Assembly (NCBI GenBank): GCA_046351515.1
Contig: JAXLYJ010000005.1
Location: 434,892-490,825 of the forward strand
DNA from: Polyangiales bacterium
GTDB taxonomy: Bacteria > Myxococcota_A > Polyangia > Polyangiales > Ga0077539
DNA: 55,934 bases
Reading direction: 5' to 3'
The translations under genes and the position numbers were made by a program. The notes under the pieces were generated by a model. It searched no databases. It saw nothing but the letters and a program-made list of their open reading frames with translations, and was not told the origin of the DNA. Shown here piece after piece: positions 19,090 to 28,412 of the stretch; positions within the stretch are counted from its first letter, which is position 1; each line of letters begins with the position of its first letter.

Positions 19090-20490
19090 ATGTCCAAGGT
19101 GATCATCGACGCGATCGACGGGCCGATGGCCGGCAAACGCTGGGAGTTCGTCGAGCCCGACGCGTGGGTCGTGGGACGTAGCCCCGACTGCCACGCGCAG
19201 CTCGACGTATCCGACGCGACCGTCTCGCGTCATCACATGCTGCTCGAAGTGCGTCCGCCCGAGGTGCGCGTGCGGGACCTTGGCTCGCGCAACGGAACGT
19301 TCGTCAACGACAAGAAGATCGGAGGGCGCGCGCGGGGCGAGAGCGCCGAGTCTGGGCGCAAACGGCTGTTTCCTGAGCGCGAGGTCGAGCACGGCGACGA
19401 GCTGCGCGTGGGGGCCAATCGATTTCGCGTGCGGATCGAGGGCGCGAGCGACGAGCACCGGACGATCCTTCGATGTCAGCGCTGCTCGGCAGAGCTCGAG
19501 CGGTGGGTCCATCGCTCGTCGGTCGCGGTGCTGTGCGACGAGTGCGTCGCGCGTGAAGCGATGGACCCGATCGCGCTGCTCGAGCGCGCGATCGAGCAGC
19601 GCGGGCTCGGTCCGAGCGACACGAGCGTCGAGCTCGCCGCGCCCACGCTCGACGGAGAGCGAAAGACCGCCCCTCCGACGGTCGAGGGGCTCACGGTGCT
19701 TCGCAAGCTGGGCGAGGGCGGCACCGGCGCTGTCTACGAAGCGCGCGACGAGCGCGGCCGCTCGTTCGCCGTCAAGGTCCTGCTCTCGCGCGTCGCGGTC
19801 GACAGCGGGATGCGCGCGATGTTCGTGCGCGAGATCGAAGCGCTCGGCGAGCTCGACCACGAGCGCATCGTGCGGCTCGTCCGGGCTGGCTCGAGCGGGT
19901 CGTCGTTTTACTTCGTGATGGAGATGTGCGCGGGCGGAAGCCTCGCCGCGCTCGTTGGAAAGTCGGGCAAGCCGCTGCCCGCTTCGCGCGCGGTCGCGAT
20001 CCTGTGCGACGCGCTCGAGGGGCTGGCGTACGCGCACGCGCGGGGCCTCGTCCATCGCGACGTGAAGCCCGGCAACATCCTCATCGACGCCGACGGCCGC
20101 GGAAAGATCAGCGACTTCGGCCTCGCCAAGAGCTTCGAGCGCGCGGGGCTCTCGGGCTTCACGATGACCGGGTCTTTTGCAGGCACGTTCGAGTTCATGC
20201 CGCGCGAGCAGCTGACGCACTACCGCGACGTGCGTCCGTCGAGCGATGTGTTCTCGGCGGGCGCGACGCTCTACTGGGCGCTCACGCGAAAGACGCCGAT
20301 CGATTTCAGCGCGGATGAGGATCGAATCACGACGCTGCTGCAGCGCGCGCCATCGCCGATCTCGACTCGCTTGGTGGGGCTGAACCCAGCGCTGTGCGCG
20401 GTCGTCGATCGAGCGTGCGCGCTCGAGCCGAGCGATCGCTATCCTGACGCGGGCGCGCTGCTCTCGGCGCTGCGCGAGATCAACCTGTAA
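19090..20490 (+). CDS. FHA-domain Ser/Thr protein kinase
   Basis: N-terminal FHA (VVGRSPDCHAQLDVSDATVSRHHMLLEV…RDLGSRNGTFVN). C-terminal Hanks kinase (GEGGTGAVYEA…HRDVKPGNILI…DFGLAK). Confidence 0.9.
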   Translation: MSKVIIDAIDGPMAGKRWEFVEPDAWVVGRSPDCHAQLDVSDATVSRHHMLLEVRPPEVRVRDLGSRNGTFVNDKKIGGRARGESAESGRKRLFPEREVEHGDELRVGANRFRVRIEGASDEHRTILRCQRCSAELERWVHRSSVAVLCDECVAREAMDPIALLERAIEQRGLGPSDTSVELAAPTLDGERKTAPPTVEGLTVLRKLGEGGTGAVYEARDERGRSFAVKVLLSRVAVDSGMRAMFVREIEALGELDHERIVRLVRAGSSGSSFYFVMEMCAGGSLAALVGKSGKPLPASRAVAILCDALEGLAYAHARGLVHRDVKPGNILIDADGRGKISDFGLAKSFERAGLSGFTMTGSFAGTFEFMPREQLTHYRDVRPSSDVFSAGATLYWALTRKTPIDFSADEDRITTLLQRAPSPISTRLVGLNPALCAVVDRACALEPSDRYPDAGALLSALREINL

Positions 20491-20491
20491 T

Positions 20492-22825
20492 TTACCAGTG
20501 AATTGCGATTTCGCCGTCGCGCGCGTCGACGGTGATGCGGGCCTTCGCCGGGATCTTGCGCTCGACCTTCGCGCGCGAGAGGGGCTGAATCACGCAGCGC
20601 TCGACGATCCGGTCGAGCTCTCGCGCGCCGAGCTCTTCGCGCCGCTCTTGCGCGAGCAGCACACGCACGGCCTGCTCGGTGACGACGAGCTCGTGGCCCT
20701 GCGTCGAGAGCTGCTCGACCAGCGGCTGAATCAGCTTGCGCACGACGCCGTCGAGCTGCGCTTCGCCGAGGGCGACGAACTCGACGACGGCGCTGATTCG
20801 ACCGATGAGCTCGGGGCGAAACACGCCCGCGAGCGCGTCGCGCAGCTGCGCGTCCGATCGCGCGGAGATCGGCTTTCCCTCGTCTTGCACGCCGAAGCCC
20901 ACGCGCCGATGCGGTGCCGCGGCGCGCGCGATGGCGTTGCTGGTCATCACGATGAAGGCGTTGGTGAAGTCTCCCACGCGGCCGTGCGAGTCGGTGAGGC
21001 GGCCTTCGTCGAACAGCTGCAAGAACACGTCGGTGACTTGCGGATCGGCCTTCTCGATCTCGTCGAAGAGAACGACGCTGTACGGATTGCGGCGGATCGC
21101 GTTGACGAGCTGCCCGCCCTCGTCGTGCCCCACGTAGCCCGGCGGCGCGCCGAGCAGTCGCTGCACCGTGTGGCGGTCGTGAAACTCGCTCATGTCGAAG
21201 CGAATCAGCGCCTTGTCGTCGCCGAAGAGCAGCTCGGCCAGCGCCTTTGCGAGCTCGGTCTTGCCGACGCCCGTGGGGCCGAGGAAGAGAAGAACCGCCC
21301 GCGGCTTGCCTGGGCGAACGAGGCCCGCGGCCGAGGCGCGCACCGCGTTGCCGACGACCGAGAGCGCAGCCTCTTGTCCGAGCACGCGACGACGAAGAAA
21401 CGCTTCGGCGTTCGAGAGTTGCTCCTGCTGCTCTTCAGCCATCGTCGCGACCGGAACGCCGGTCCACTCCTCGACCACCCGCGCGATGTCCTCGCGTCGA
21501 AGCATCGTCGGCTGCGTGGCGTTTTCTCCGCGCGGAGAAAACGTCACGAATCGCCGCGCCGAGCTCGCCTGATCGACCAGGTCGCGCGCCTTGTCCGGCA
21601 GGCGCCGATCGGGCAAGTAGCGAACCGACAGCTCGACCGCGGCGTCGATGGCCTCGTCACTGATCGCGATGTCGTGGTGCGCTTCGAGCCCGGCGCGCGC
21701 GGCGCGTAGCATCGTCCGCGCTTGATCGGGCGTCGGCTCTTCGACGCGCACGGGCTGAAACCTCCGCGAGAGCGCGGGGTCCTTTTCGATTCGCTCGCGA
21801 AACTCTTCGGGCGTGGTCGCGCCGATGCATCGCAGGTCGCCGCGCGCGAGCGCGGGCTTGAGCAAATTGGCGGCGTCGACTCCGCCTGCGGTCGCGCCAG
21901 CGCCGACCACGGTGTGCAGCTCGTCGATGAACAAGACCACGTTGGGATCGGCCGCCGCGGCGCGAACGATCGTGTCGATCCGCTCTTCGAAGTCTCCGCG
22001 ATACTTGGTCCCCGAGAGGACCGCGGCGAGCGAGAGCTCGATGATGCGCAGCGAGCGCACTTCTTCGGGAGCGTCGTCGCGCGCGCACTTCTGCGCGAGC
22101 CCCTCGACGATCGCGGTCTTGCCGACGCCCGCCTCGCCGACGAGCACCGCGTTGGACTTGCTCTTTCGCAGCAGGATTCGCGCGACGAGCTTGATCTCTT
22201 CGTCGCGGCCCACGACGGGGTCGAGCTTGTGCGAGCGCCCGAGCGCGCTGAGGTCGCGACCGTACTTCTCGAGCGGTCCCTGCGTGGCCGGAGGCGCCGA
22301 CGCGACGCGCGGTCGAAGCATCTCGCCGACGACGCTCGAGCCCTCCGCGATCGTCCCCTTCGCTTCGCGCTCTTCGCTCGAGCTTCGCGCGGGGCGCGCG
22401 CGCTCGGTGAGGTTCTCGATGCGGTCGACCAGGACCGAAGGGCTCACGCCGGCCTCGCGCAGGACCAGCTCGACGATGCGGTCGCCGACGCCGATCAGCG
22501 CCGCGGTGACGCCTTCGATGGACAGGGATTTTCCTGCTCGTTCGGCGCGGGTCCGCGCGTGCTCGAGCGCCGCGCGCGCCGCGACGCTGGTGCCCACGGG
22601 GCTCTCGTTGCCCGTGCTCCCGTTGGTGCCCGCGAAGCAGAGAGCGCGAGCGCGTCGGCGGGCCCGAACCGGGTCGATGCCGAGCGAGGTCATGGCGCGA
22701 ACGAGCGTCGGAGGCTCGAGCTTGCACGCAGCGATGAACAGGTGCGCGACTTCGACGCATCCTGCTCCTGCGCGTCGCGCCTCTCCAACGGCGACGTTCA
22801 TGAGCGTGTCCAGCGACGGTTCCAC
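20492..22825 (-). CDS. ClpA/ClpC-like AAA+ chaperone ATPase (two Clp_N repeats, NBD1, NBD2)
   Basis: Clp_N repeats. NBD1 GEAGVGKT + DELH. NBD2 GPTGVGKTELAKALA + sensor motifs. Start placed at in-frame GTG just before LDTLMNVAVGEAR. The upstream Arg-rich part of the tracked ORF is rejected. Confidence 0.85.
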   Translation of the reverse strand: MEPSLDTLMNVAVGEARRAGAGCVEVAHLFIAACKLEPPTLVRAMTSLGIDPVRARRRARALCFAGTNGSTGNESPVGTSVAARAALEHARTRAERAGKSLSIEGVTAALIGVGDRIVELVLREAGVSPSVLVDRIENLTERARPARSSSEEREAKGTIAEGSSVVGEMLRPRVASAPPATQGPLEKYGRDLSALGRSHKLDPVVGRDEEIKLVARILLRKSKSNAVLVGEAGVGKTAIVEGLAQKCARDDAPEEVRSLRIIELSLAAVLSGTKYRGDFEERIDTIVRAAAADPNVVLFIDELHTVVGAGATAGGVDAANLLKPALARGDLRCIGATTPEEFRERIEKDPALSRRFQPVRVEEPTPDQARTMLRAARAGLEAHHDIAISDEAIDAAVELSVRYLPDRRLPDKARDLVDQASSARRFVTFSPRGENATQPTMLRREDIARVVEEWTGVPVATMAEEQQEQLSNAEAFLRRRVLGQEAALSVVGNAVRASAAGLVRPGKPRAVLLFLGPTGVGKTELAKALAELLFGDDKALIRFDMSEFHDRHTVQRLLGAPPGYVGHDEGGQLVNAIRRNPYSVVLFDEIEKADPQVTDVFLQLFDEGRLTDSHGRVGDFTNAFIVMTSNAIARAAAPHRRVGFGVQDEGKPISARSDAQLRDALAGVFRPELIGRISAVVEFVALGEAQLDGVVRKLIQPLVEQLSTQGHELVVTEQAVRVLLAQERREELGARELDRIVERCVIQPLSRAKVERKIPAKARITVDARDGEIAIHW

Positions 22826-22890
22826 TACGCGAAGAGCGTAGCGCAGCGAGGTCCGTCTGTGATCTCCACCCGAACGCGTGTCATACCAAG

Positions 22891-23835
22891 TCAGCGCAAA
22901 AACGACTCGATCGCCTGCGCGACTTCTGAAGGCTTTTCGACGAACGGCAAGTGACCCGCGCCCTGCACTTCCACGAAGCGTCCGTGCGCGACGGTGTCGG
23001 CGATCTCGCGTGACTCGGACGGAAGAAACGTGCGGTCCTGCGCCCCGCTCAGCACCAGCGTCGCGGCGCGGACGTCGCGCGCGACCCGGCGGCCGTCCCA
23101 GCTGAGCAATTGCACGAGAAAATGCTCGTCTGCCGAAGGTCGATAGCGCACCGACCGAGTGATCGTCTCGAGGGTGGTCGCGCTCGGAGGGCTCGCCCAC
23201 CAAAGCGGCCCCAGCGCGCGAAACAGCTGCGAAAGCTGCCGCGGATCGCGCAGCGTCCCTTGCGGAGTGGTGAGCGCGCGCAGCGCGGCTGCGCCCGATT
23301 CACCGAGCGCCTCGCGCGTTCGCGCGCCGATCGACCGGATCTGCACGCCGTCTCGGACGGGCGCGATCAGCACGAGCCTGCGCACCTGATCGGGGTGCGC
23401 CGCGGCGAACTCGAGCGCCACGGCGGCGCCGAAATCATGGGCGATCACGTCGATCGGAGCGCGCGGAGACAGCCGCGTCGCGAGCATCGAGAGGTCGCCG
23501 GACGCAGCCGCGAGCGTGTAGCCACCGGCGTCCGGCGGAGCGTCGCTCCGCCCGTGCCCTCGCAGATCGACGTACACGAGTCGCGCGCGCGGAGTCGCCA
23601 GCGCGTCGAGCGACGGGCGCAAGTAGTTGTGATCGAGCCCCGGACCGCCGTGAAGGACCAGTCGAACGGACCCATCGACCGCGCCGAGCTGAACGGTCTC
23701 GAGCGTCACAGCTCCGACCCGAACGCGCTCGGTGACCGTGCGCGTCGCCGAGCCGCTCGTGCTCGGTTTGCACGCCGCGAGTGACGCGAGCGCGAGGCAT
23801 GTCCAGAGGGCTGCGACTCGACACCGGCGACGCAC
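22891..23835 (-). CDS. Alpha/beta-hydrolase-fold lipoprotein
   Basis: GTG start gives (M)RRRCRVAALWTCLALASLAAC|K lipoprotein signal. HGGPG oxyanion motif. Nucleophile-elbow-like AHDFGAA. C-terminal GAGHLPFVE His motif. Upstream part of tracked ORF is Arg-rich junk. Confidence 0.75.
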   Translation of the reverse strand: MRRRCRVAALWTCLALASLAACKPSTSGSATRTVTERVRVGAVTLETVQLGAVDGSVRLVLHGGPGLDHNYLRPSLDALATPRARLVYVDLRGHGRSDAPPDAGGYTLAAASGDLSMLATRLSPRAPIDVIAHDFGAAVALEFAAAHPDQVRRLVLIAPVRDGVQIRSIGARTREALGESGAAALRALTTPQGTLRDPRQLSQLFRALGPLWWASPPSATTLETITRSVRYRPSADEHFLVQLLSWDGRRVARDVRAATLVLSGAQDRTFLPSESREIADTVAHGRFVEVQGAGHLPFVEKPSEVAQAIESFLR

Positions 23836-23954
23836 GGGCGAGTCACTGCAACGTCCTCGGGGCGGACGCAAGTTCGACGCAGCCCAGACCGCAGAATCGA
23901 CGGCGATCGTCGACCGTTTGCTTGCCTCACAGTCGCGGTGGTAGTGCCCGATGG

Positions 23955-24905
23955 ATGTCCGACGGCGAACGAGAAGAGCTCGCGGCGCTCGTGCGCGGGT
24001 GGTCTGCGTACTTCGAGTGGGCGCGCGAGTCCGGAGCCGCTTCGCTCTCGCGCACCGAGGGAATCTCCTTGCGCGCGACGCTCTCGACCGAAGCAGCGAC
24101 GCCCGCCGAGCCCGTGGCGCAACCGTCCGCGGCCGCGCGCCCGCAGCCTGCGCCCGTCGCGCCCTCTTCGCCTGCGCCCGTCGCGCGACTCGCAGAGGAC
24201 TCGCCGCGCGTGTCGGTGAGCGCGCCTTCGCGCGTCGAGCCGCCGCAGCGCGAGCCGGTCGCGTCGATCGAGCGTCCTGCACCTGCGCCGCCGACGGTGG
24301 TGACCGCCGCGCCGGTACACGGAGAACACCGCTTGCGCGCGCTCAGCGTCCTCGAAGACGAGGCTCGCGCGTGCAAGCGGTGTCGGCTCTGCGAAGGTCG
24401 CACGCAGGCCGTCTTCTCTCGAGGCAACTGCGAGGCCGAGCTCTTCTTCGTTGGTGAAGCTCCGGGCGCCGACGAAGACCGCGTCGGAAAGCCCTTCGTC
24501 GGCGCCGCCGGTCGCCTGCTCGATCGGATCCTCACGGCGATGGGGATGAGCGAAGACGACGTGTACATCGCCAACGTGGCCAAGTGCCGCCCGCCCAACA
24601 ATCGTCCTCCTGAAGACGACGAGGCTGCGGCGTGCGGTCCGTTCTTGGATCGTCAGCTCGCCCTCGTGCGCCCGAAGGTGATCGTCGCGTGGGGACGAAC
24701 GCCGACGCGCTATCTGCTGAAGAAGACCGAATCGATGTCGAAGCTGCGCGGAAACTGGTATTCGGTCGACGGCGTCCCTGTGCTGCCCACGTGGCACCCT
24801 GCTTATTTGCTGCGCAATCCGGACGCGAAGAAAGACACATGGGCGGACATGAAGCGCGTCCTCGAGAAGCTCGGCCGACCGCTCCCTGCGCCAACTCGAG
24901 GGTGA
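23955..24905 (+). CDS. Family 4 uracil-DNA glycosylase (UdgA-type, Fe-S) with an about 150-aa Pro/Ala-rich N-terminal extension
   Basis: Motifs CKRCRLCEGRTQAVFSRGN, GEAPGADED, VAKCRPPNNR, WHPAYLLRNP. Confidence 0.85.
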   Translation: MSDGEREELAALVRGWSAYFEWARESGAASLSRTEGISLRATLSTEAATPAEPVAQPSAAARPQPAPVAPSSPAPVARLAEDSPRVSVSAPSRVEPPQREPVASIERPAPAPPTVVTAAPVHGEHRLRALSVLEDEARACKRCRLCEGRTQAVFSRGNCEAELFFVGEAPGADEDRVGKPFVGAAGRLLDRILTAMGMSEDDVYIANVAKCRPPNNRPPEDDEAAACGPFLDRQLALVRPKVIVAWGRTPTRYLLKKTESMSKLRGNWYSVDGVPVLPTWHPAYLLRNPDAKKDTWADMKRVLEKLGRPLPAPTRG

Positions 24906-24912
24906 GGCAACG

Positions 24913-25863
24913 ATGAGCGTCGAACGCAACGTGCAGCTCGGGGACGAAGAGCCTCTGGGCGTCGAGGGGCTTCCGCCGATCGTGTTCGACGAGCAATCGA
25001 TCGGGCTCGATGACGCCGACTCGCGCGAGCTCGCCATCGACGTTGAACTCGACGTTCGCGCGAGTATTTCTGCGCTCGATCTGTCCGACGAAGGGCCGCT
25101 CGACGCCGAGCACGAGGTGCTCAGCGAGAGCACCGCGCGCGGCTCGTGGCTGCAGTCGCAGCCCGACGAGCCGGACGCCTCGGACGAGCCGATCGTCCTC
25201 GACGCGTTGCCCGACAACGGCGGCTCGGACGACGTCGAGGGGCCCGATGACTCCGCGATCGTGCTCGGCGCAGCGCCGCCGCTCGATCGTAGCGAAGACG
25301 ACTCCGACGGGCCCTCGACCGTGGACTCGAGCGAGGCGGTCGCGCTCGGCGGAGCTCCGTACGCGTTCTCGATGGCCGCCGCCGATCGATGCTCGTTCGT
25401 GCTCGTTCACGAGCGAGACGCTGATGTCCTCGCCGCTGAGCGACGCGACGCCCTCCGCACCGATGATGGCGCAGAGCGCTCGCCGCGTCGGCACGACGAC
25501 CCGATCCTCTCGGCTCGCGCCGACGAGACGCTCGCGTTCGCGTTCGGAGCGAGCTGCGGCAAAGTGAGCTTCGACGGCGGTGAGACCTTCGCAGACGCGC
25601 GATGGCTCGAGCACGCGACGGCGATCGCGGCGGTCTCTGGTGTCGTGTTCGCGGCGGTGTACGACTCGGCCGTCGACCGATGCACGATCGTTCGAGCCAC
25701 GGTCTCGGAGGCGCGACGCGTCGCCGATCTTCACGTTCTGTTCGAAGGACAGATCGACGACGAGACCGGCTTTCTCGTTCGGGCGATGGTCGCGCTCGAC
25801 GACCACGGCGCGAAGCTGCTCATCCGGCTGCGTTCGGTGTCTTTCGCGCTGTCTGTGCGCTGA
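24913..25863 (+). CDS. Hypothetical highly acidic protein (Asp/Glu-rich N-terminal half, folded C-terminal half)
   Basis: Starts 8 nt after the UDG stop. High GC3. N-terminal half has a net negative charge of more than 40. No recognisable family. Confidence 0.5.
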   Translation: MSVERNVQLGDEEPLGVEGLPPIVFDEQSIGLDDADSRELAIDVELDVRASISALDLSDEGPLDAEHEVLSESTARGSWLQSQPDEPDASDEPIVLDALPDNGGSDDVEGPDDSAIVLGAAPPLDRSEDDSDGPSTVDSSEAVALGGAPYAFSMAAADRCSFVLVHERDADVLAAERRDALRTDDGAERSPRRHDDPILSARADETLAFAFGASCGKVSFDGGETFADARWLEHATAIAAVSGVVFAAVYDSAVDRCTIVRATVSEARRVADLHVLFEGQIDDETGFLVRAMVALDDHGAKLLIRLRSVSFALSVR

Positions 25864-25884
25864 TCGCTGATTGGCGAGCGGCGC

Positions 25885-26877
25885 TCAGGCGTCGACGACG
25901 TGGCGGTCGTACTTCGCGCGAAACACCGAGAGCGCGACGAACCCCACGATCACCGCGAACCAGAGCGTCGCGAGTCGCACGAGCAACGTCGCAGCAGCAG
26001 CGGGCGCCGCGCTCACGCCGCCGAGCCCTGTCAGCATCGTGCGCATCGTGAGCTCGGTCCCGCCGAGTCCGCCCGGAAGCATCGCGATCGCCCCCGCGAC
26101 GGTGGCCGTCCCGTACACGAAGAACGAGAGCGCCATGTTCGAAGGCTGCGCGAGCCCGCGGAGGATCACCCAGAGCGCGATGCACTCGAGCCCCCACGCG
26201 ACGATCGAGAGCGCTGTCATCGCGACGACCGCGCCCGGTGACATGACCGCGCGCAGCGCTTCGTACGCTTCGACGAGCTTCGGAGCGATGCGCTGCGTGG
26301 GCCCGAAGCGCCCGACCCACCCGAGCACCGCGTGCGCTGCCTTCGGGACGAAGACGAAGAAGAACACGACGGACACCAGCGCCAATGCAGCGGCGGCGAT
26401 CCAACCGTAGCCCGGAAAATACGCGCTTCCGACGGCCACGAGCGCGACGAGCGCGAGCAGGTCCGTCACGCGATCGGCGATCACGATGGGCGCCGAGCGC
26501 GCGACGGGCGTGCCGCGGGCGCTCGCGAGCAGGGCGCTGCGAAACACCTCACCAGCCTTGCCGGGCGTGATGCTCATCGAGAATCCCGCGAGAAAAATCG
26601 CAAAGGACTCACCGCGCGGGACGCGCTCGAACGGCGCTCCGTCGTCGCTGTTGGGCCGAGCGCCGATGCCGAGGCGCCGAAGGTAGTACTCCCACTTGGC
26701 GAAGCGCAGGACGTAGTTCGCGAACGCGAGCGCGATCGCTGCGCCGAACGTCCACCAGGCGTACTCGCCGAGCACGACCTTGAGCGAGCGCACGTCGGAC
26801 GCGAGCGCGAGCACCGCGTAGACGAACACCGCGAACAGCGTGACGAGAAAAATCGTGCGGCCGATGCGAGGCTTCAA
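25885..26877 (-). CDS. UPF0104 / flippase-like integral membrane protein (homologous to the transmembrane flippase domain of MprF lysyl-PG synthase)
   Basis: 330 aa, about 8 predicted TM helices, conserved ...FLAGFSMSITPGKAGE...R... motif typical of this family. Confidence 0.8.
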   Translation of the reverse strand: MKPRIGRTIFLVTLFAVFVYAVLALASDVRSLKVVLGEYAWWTFGAAIALAFANYVLRFAKWEYYLRRLGIGARPNSDDGAPFERVPRGESFAIFLAGFSMSITPGKAGEVFRSALLASARGTPVARSAPIVIADRVTDLLALVALVAVGSAYFPGYGWIAAAALALVSVVFFFVFVPKAAHAVLGWVGRFGPTQRIAPKLVEAYEALRAVMSPGAVVAMTALSIVAWGLECIALWVILRGLAQPSNMALSFFVYGTATVAGAIAMLPGGLGGTELTMRTMLTGLGGVSAAPAAAATLLVRLATLWFAVIVGFVALSVFRAKYDRHVVDA

Positions 26878-27140
26878 CGCTTTCGCACCCTTCGAACGAC
26901 GGCGACGACGAGCACGAGCACGACGATCGCGACGGTCACAGAGAGCACGAGTGTGGGCGCGCGCGGAGAATCCAGCCCGATGACGCCGCGACGAAGCGTT
27001 CCGGGTGGAGGACGGTCGATGCGAACGCCTTGCGCTAGTGAAAGCAGCAGCGCTGTTGCCTGTACCAACACGGCGGCGGAAGGTACGCCCCGCGCGAACC
27101 GTCGTCGAGCGCGGCTCGACTCGCGCTACATTCGAGCCCG

Positions 27141-28412
27141 TTGATGATGACCAAGACGCGCAACTCGTCCGAGGTCGACGCAGAAGACTTTCTCTATCAC
27201 CTGTACCGAGGCAGCGAATCGCTGTCTGAAGGCAGGCTCGACCTCGCGCGCGACTCCCTCGAAACAGCGCTCAAGATGCAGCCGCGCGACCCCTCGGCGC
27301 AGGACCTCTTGGGCAAGCTGTACTTCAAGCTCGGCGTCTATCCCCGCGCGATCGAGCTGTATCAAGAGATCGTTCGTCAGTACCCAGACTCGCTTCCTCC
27401 TCGCATCAACCTCGCGCTCGCGTACCTCAAGACCGCGCAGCTGAGAGACGCCGTCGCGCAGCTGCTACCCGTGATCGAGCGCGATCCGACGCACACTCGC
27501 GCGTGGGGCTACCTCGGGCTGTGCTGGTCGCGGCTCTCTGAGTACGCCAAGGCCCGCGAGGCGTTTCTTCGCGCCGGCCACGATGGGATGGCTCGCCGCA
27601 TGGAAGAAGCGCTCGAGGCGCAGTACGGAAGCGGGAGCGGGACGTTCATTCCGACGCACCCCGCGCCGCCGGGCGACGCTGCGCTGCGCGAGCCAGACGA
27701 GATCGACACGGGCGCGCTCGAGCCGGGGCACGTGCAGATCCCCTCGGACACGCCGTCGGCGCCGGGGCGGTGGGTGACGCGCATTCCGGGCGAGCCGCTG
27801 AGGGATGGACGCGTGCCTGCTGCGACGCTCTCTGCGTGGTCGAGCGAGCGCGTGTTCGTCGCGCAAGGCAGGACCATCGAGCTGGTCGACGGGATGCTGG
27901 TGGCATACGAAGGCTGCGCGATCCGCTGCGAGACCAACGTCTTCGGAGTTGGCTTCACGCGCGGTCCGTCCGTGCGCAGCCGTGAAGGCGAGGCGTTCGA
28001 AGGCTCACCCGGTCTCTTCTGGGTGGGCGACGGATGGTGCGCGCTTCCGCCGCAGCCAGGCTTCGAGCGGACGCTGCTCGCGCTGCGCGACGAAGCGCTC
28101 TGGGTGCTCGAGCGTCACGTGCTCGGATTCGATGGAGGGCTGCACGTCGATCACGCCACGGTGGCCGCAGGGCTTCGCGCGGCGAGCTTCGTCGGTCGAG
28201 GCGTCGTCGCCTTCGAAGCGCGCGGCGACATCCGTATCCTGCGCGTGCAGGGCGAAGAAGCGCTCGTCGCGCCAGAGCTCCTCGTCGCCTGGTCACCAGG
28301 GATCACGCCGGGCGAGCGCGACGGCTCGGTCTCGCTCGTCGGCGACGGCGTCGTCGCAGTGCGCGTCGAGCGCGCGACCGCCGAGTACAGCGCTTCGAAG
28401 GACCCACGATGA
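27141..28412 (+). CDS. TPR-repeat protein with an about 230-aa C-terminal domain of unknown function
   Basis: N-terminal TPR helices (LGKLYFKLGVYPRAIELYQEIVRQYPD… AYLKTAQLRDAVAQLLPVIERDPTHTRAWGYLGLCWSRLSEYAKAREAF). Stop overlaps the pgsA start (ATGA). Confidence 0.75.
   Translation: MMMTKTRNSSEVDAEDFLYHLYRGSESLSEGRLDLARDSLETALKMQPRDPSAQDLLGKLYFKLGVYPRAIELYQEIVRQYPDSLPPRINLALAYLKTAQLRDAVAQLLPVIERDPTHTRAWGYLGLCWSRLSEYAKAREAFLRAGHDGMARRMEEALEAQYGSGSGTFIPTHPAPPGDAALREPDEIDTGALEPGHVQIPSDTPSAPGRWVTRIPGEPLRDGRVPAATLSAWSSERVFVAQGRTIELVDGMLVAYEGCAIRCETNVFGVGFTRGPSVRSREGEAFEGSPGLFWVGDGWCALPPQPGFERTLLALRDEALWVLERHVLGFDGGLHVDHATVAAGLRAASFVGRGVVAFEARGDIRILRVQGEEALVAPELLVAWSPGITPGERDGSVSLVGDGVVAVRVERATAEYSASKDPR

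Noticed and set aside
20498-22954. Plus-strand ORFs 20498..21709 and 21722..22954
   Set aside because: Antisense to the ClpA-like gene.
23706-25217. 503-aa minus-strand ORF
   Set aside because: Antisense to the UDG and acidic-protein genes. Ser/Arg-rich low complexity.
26874-27071. 65-aa ORF with a C-terminal hydrophobic stretch upstream of the UPF0104 gene
   Set aside because: N-terminal half has atypically low GC3 for this genome. It lies in a putative promoter region and there is no RBS. Possibly a small membrane peptide but unsupported.
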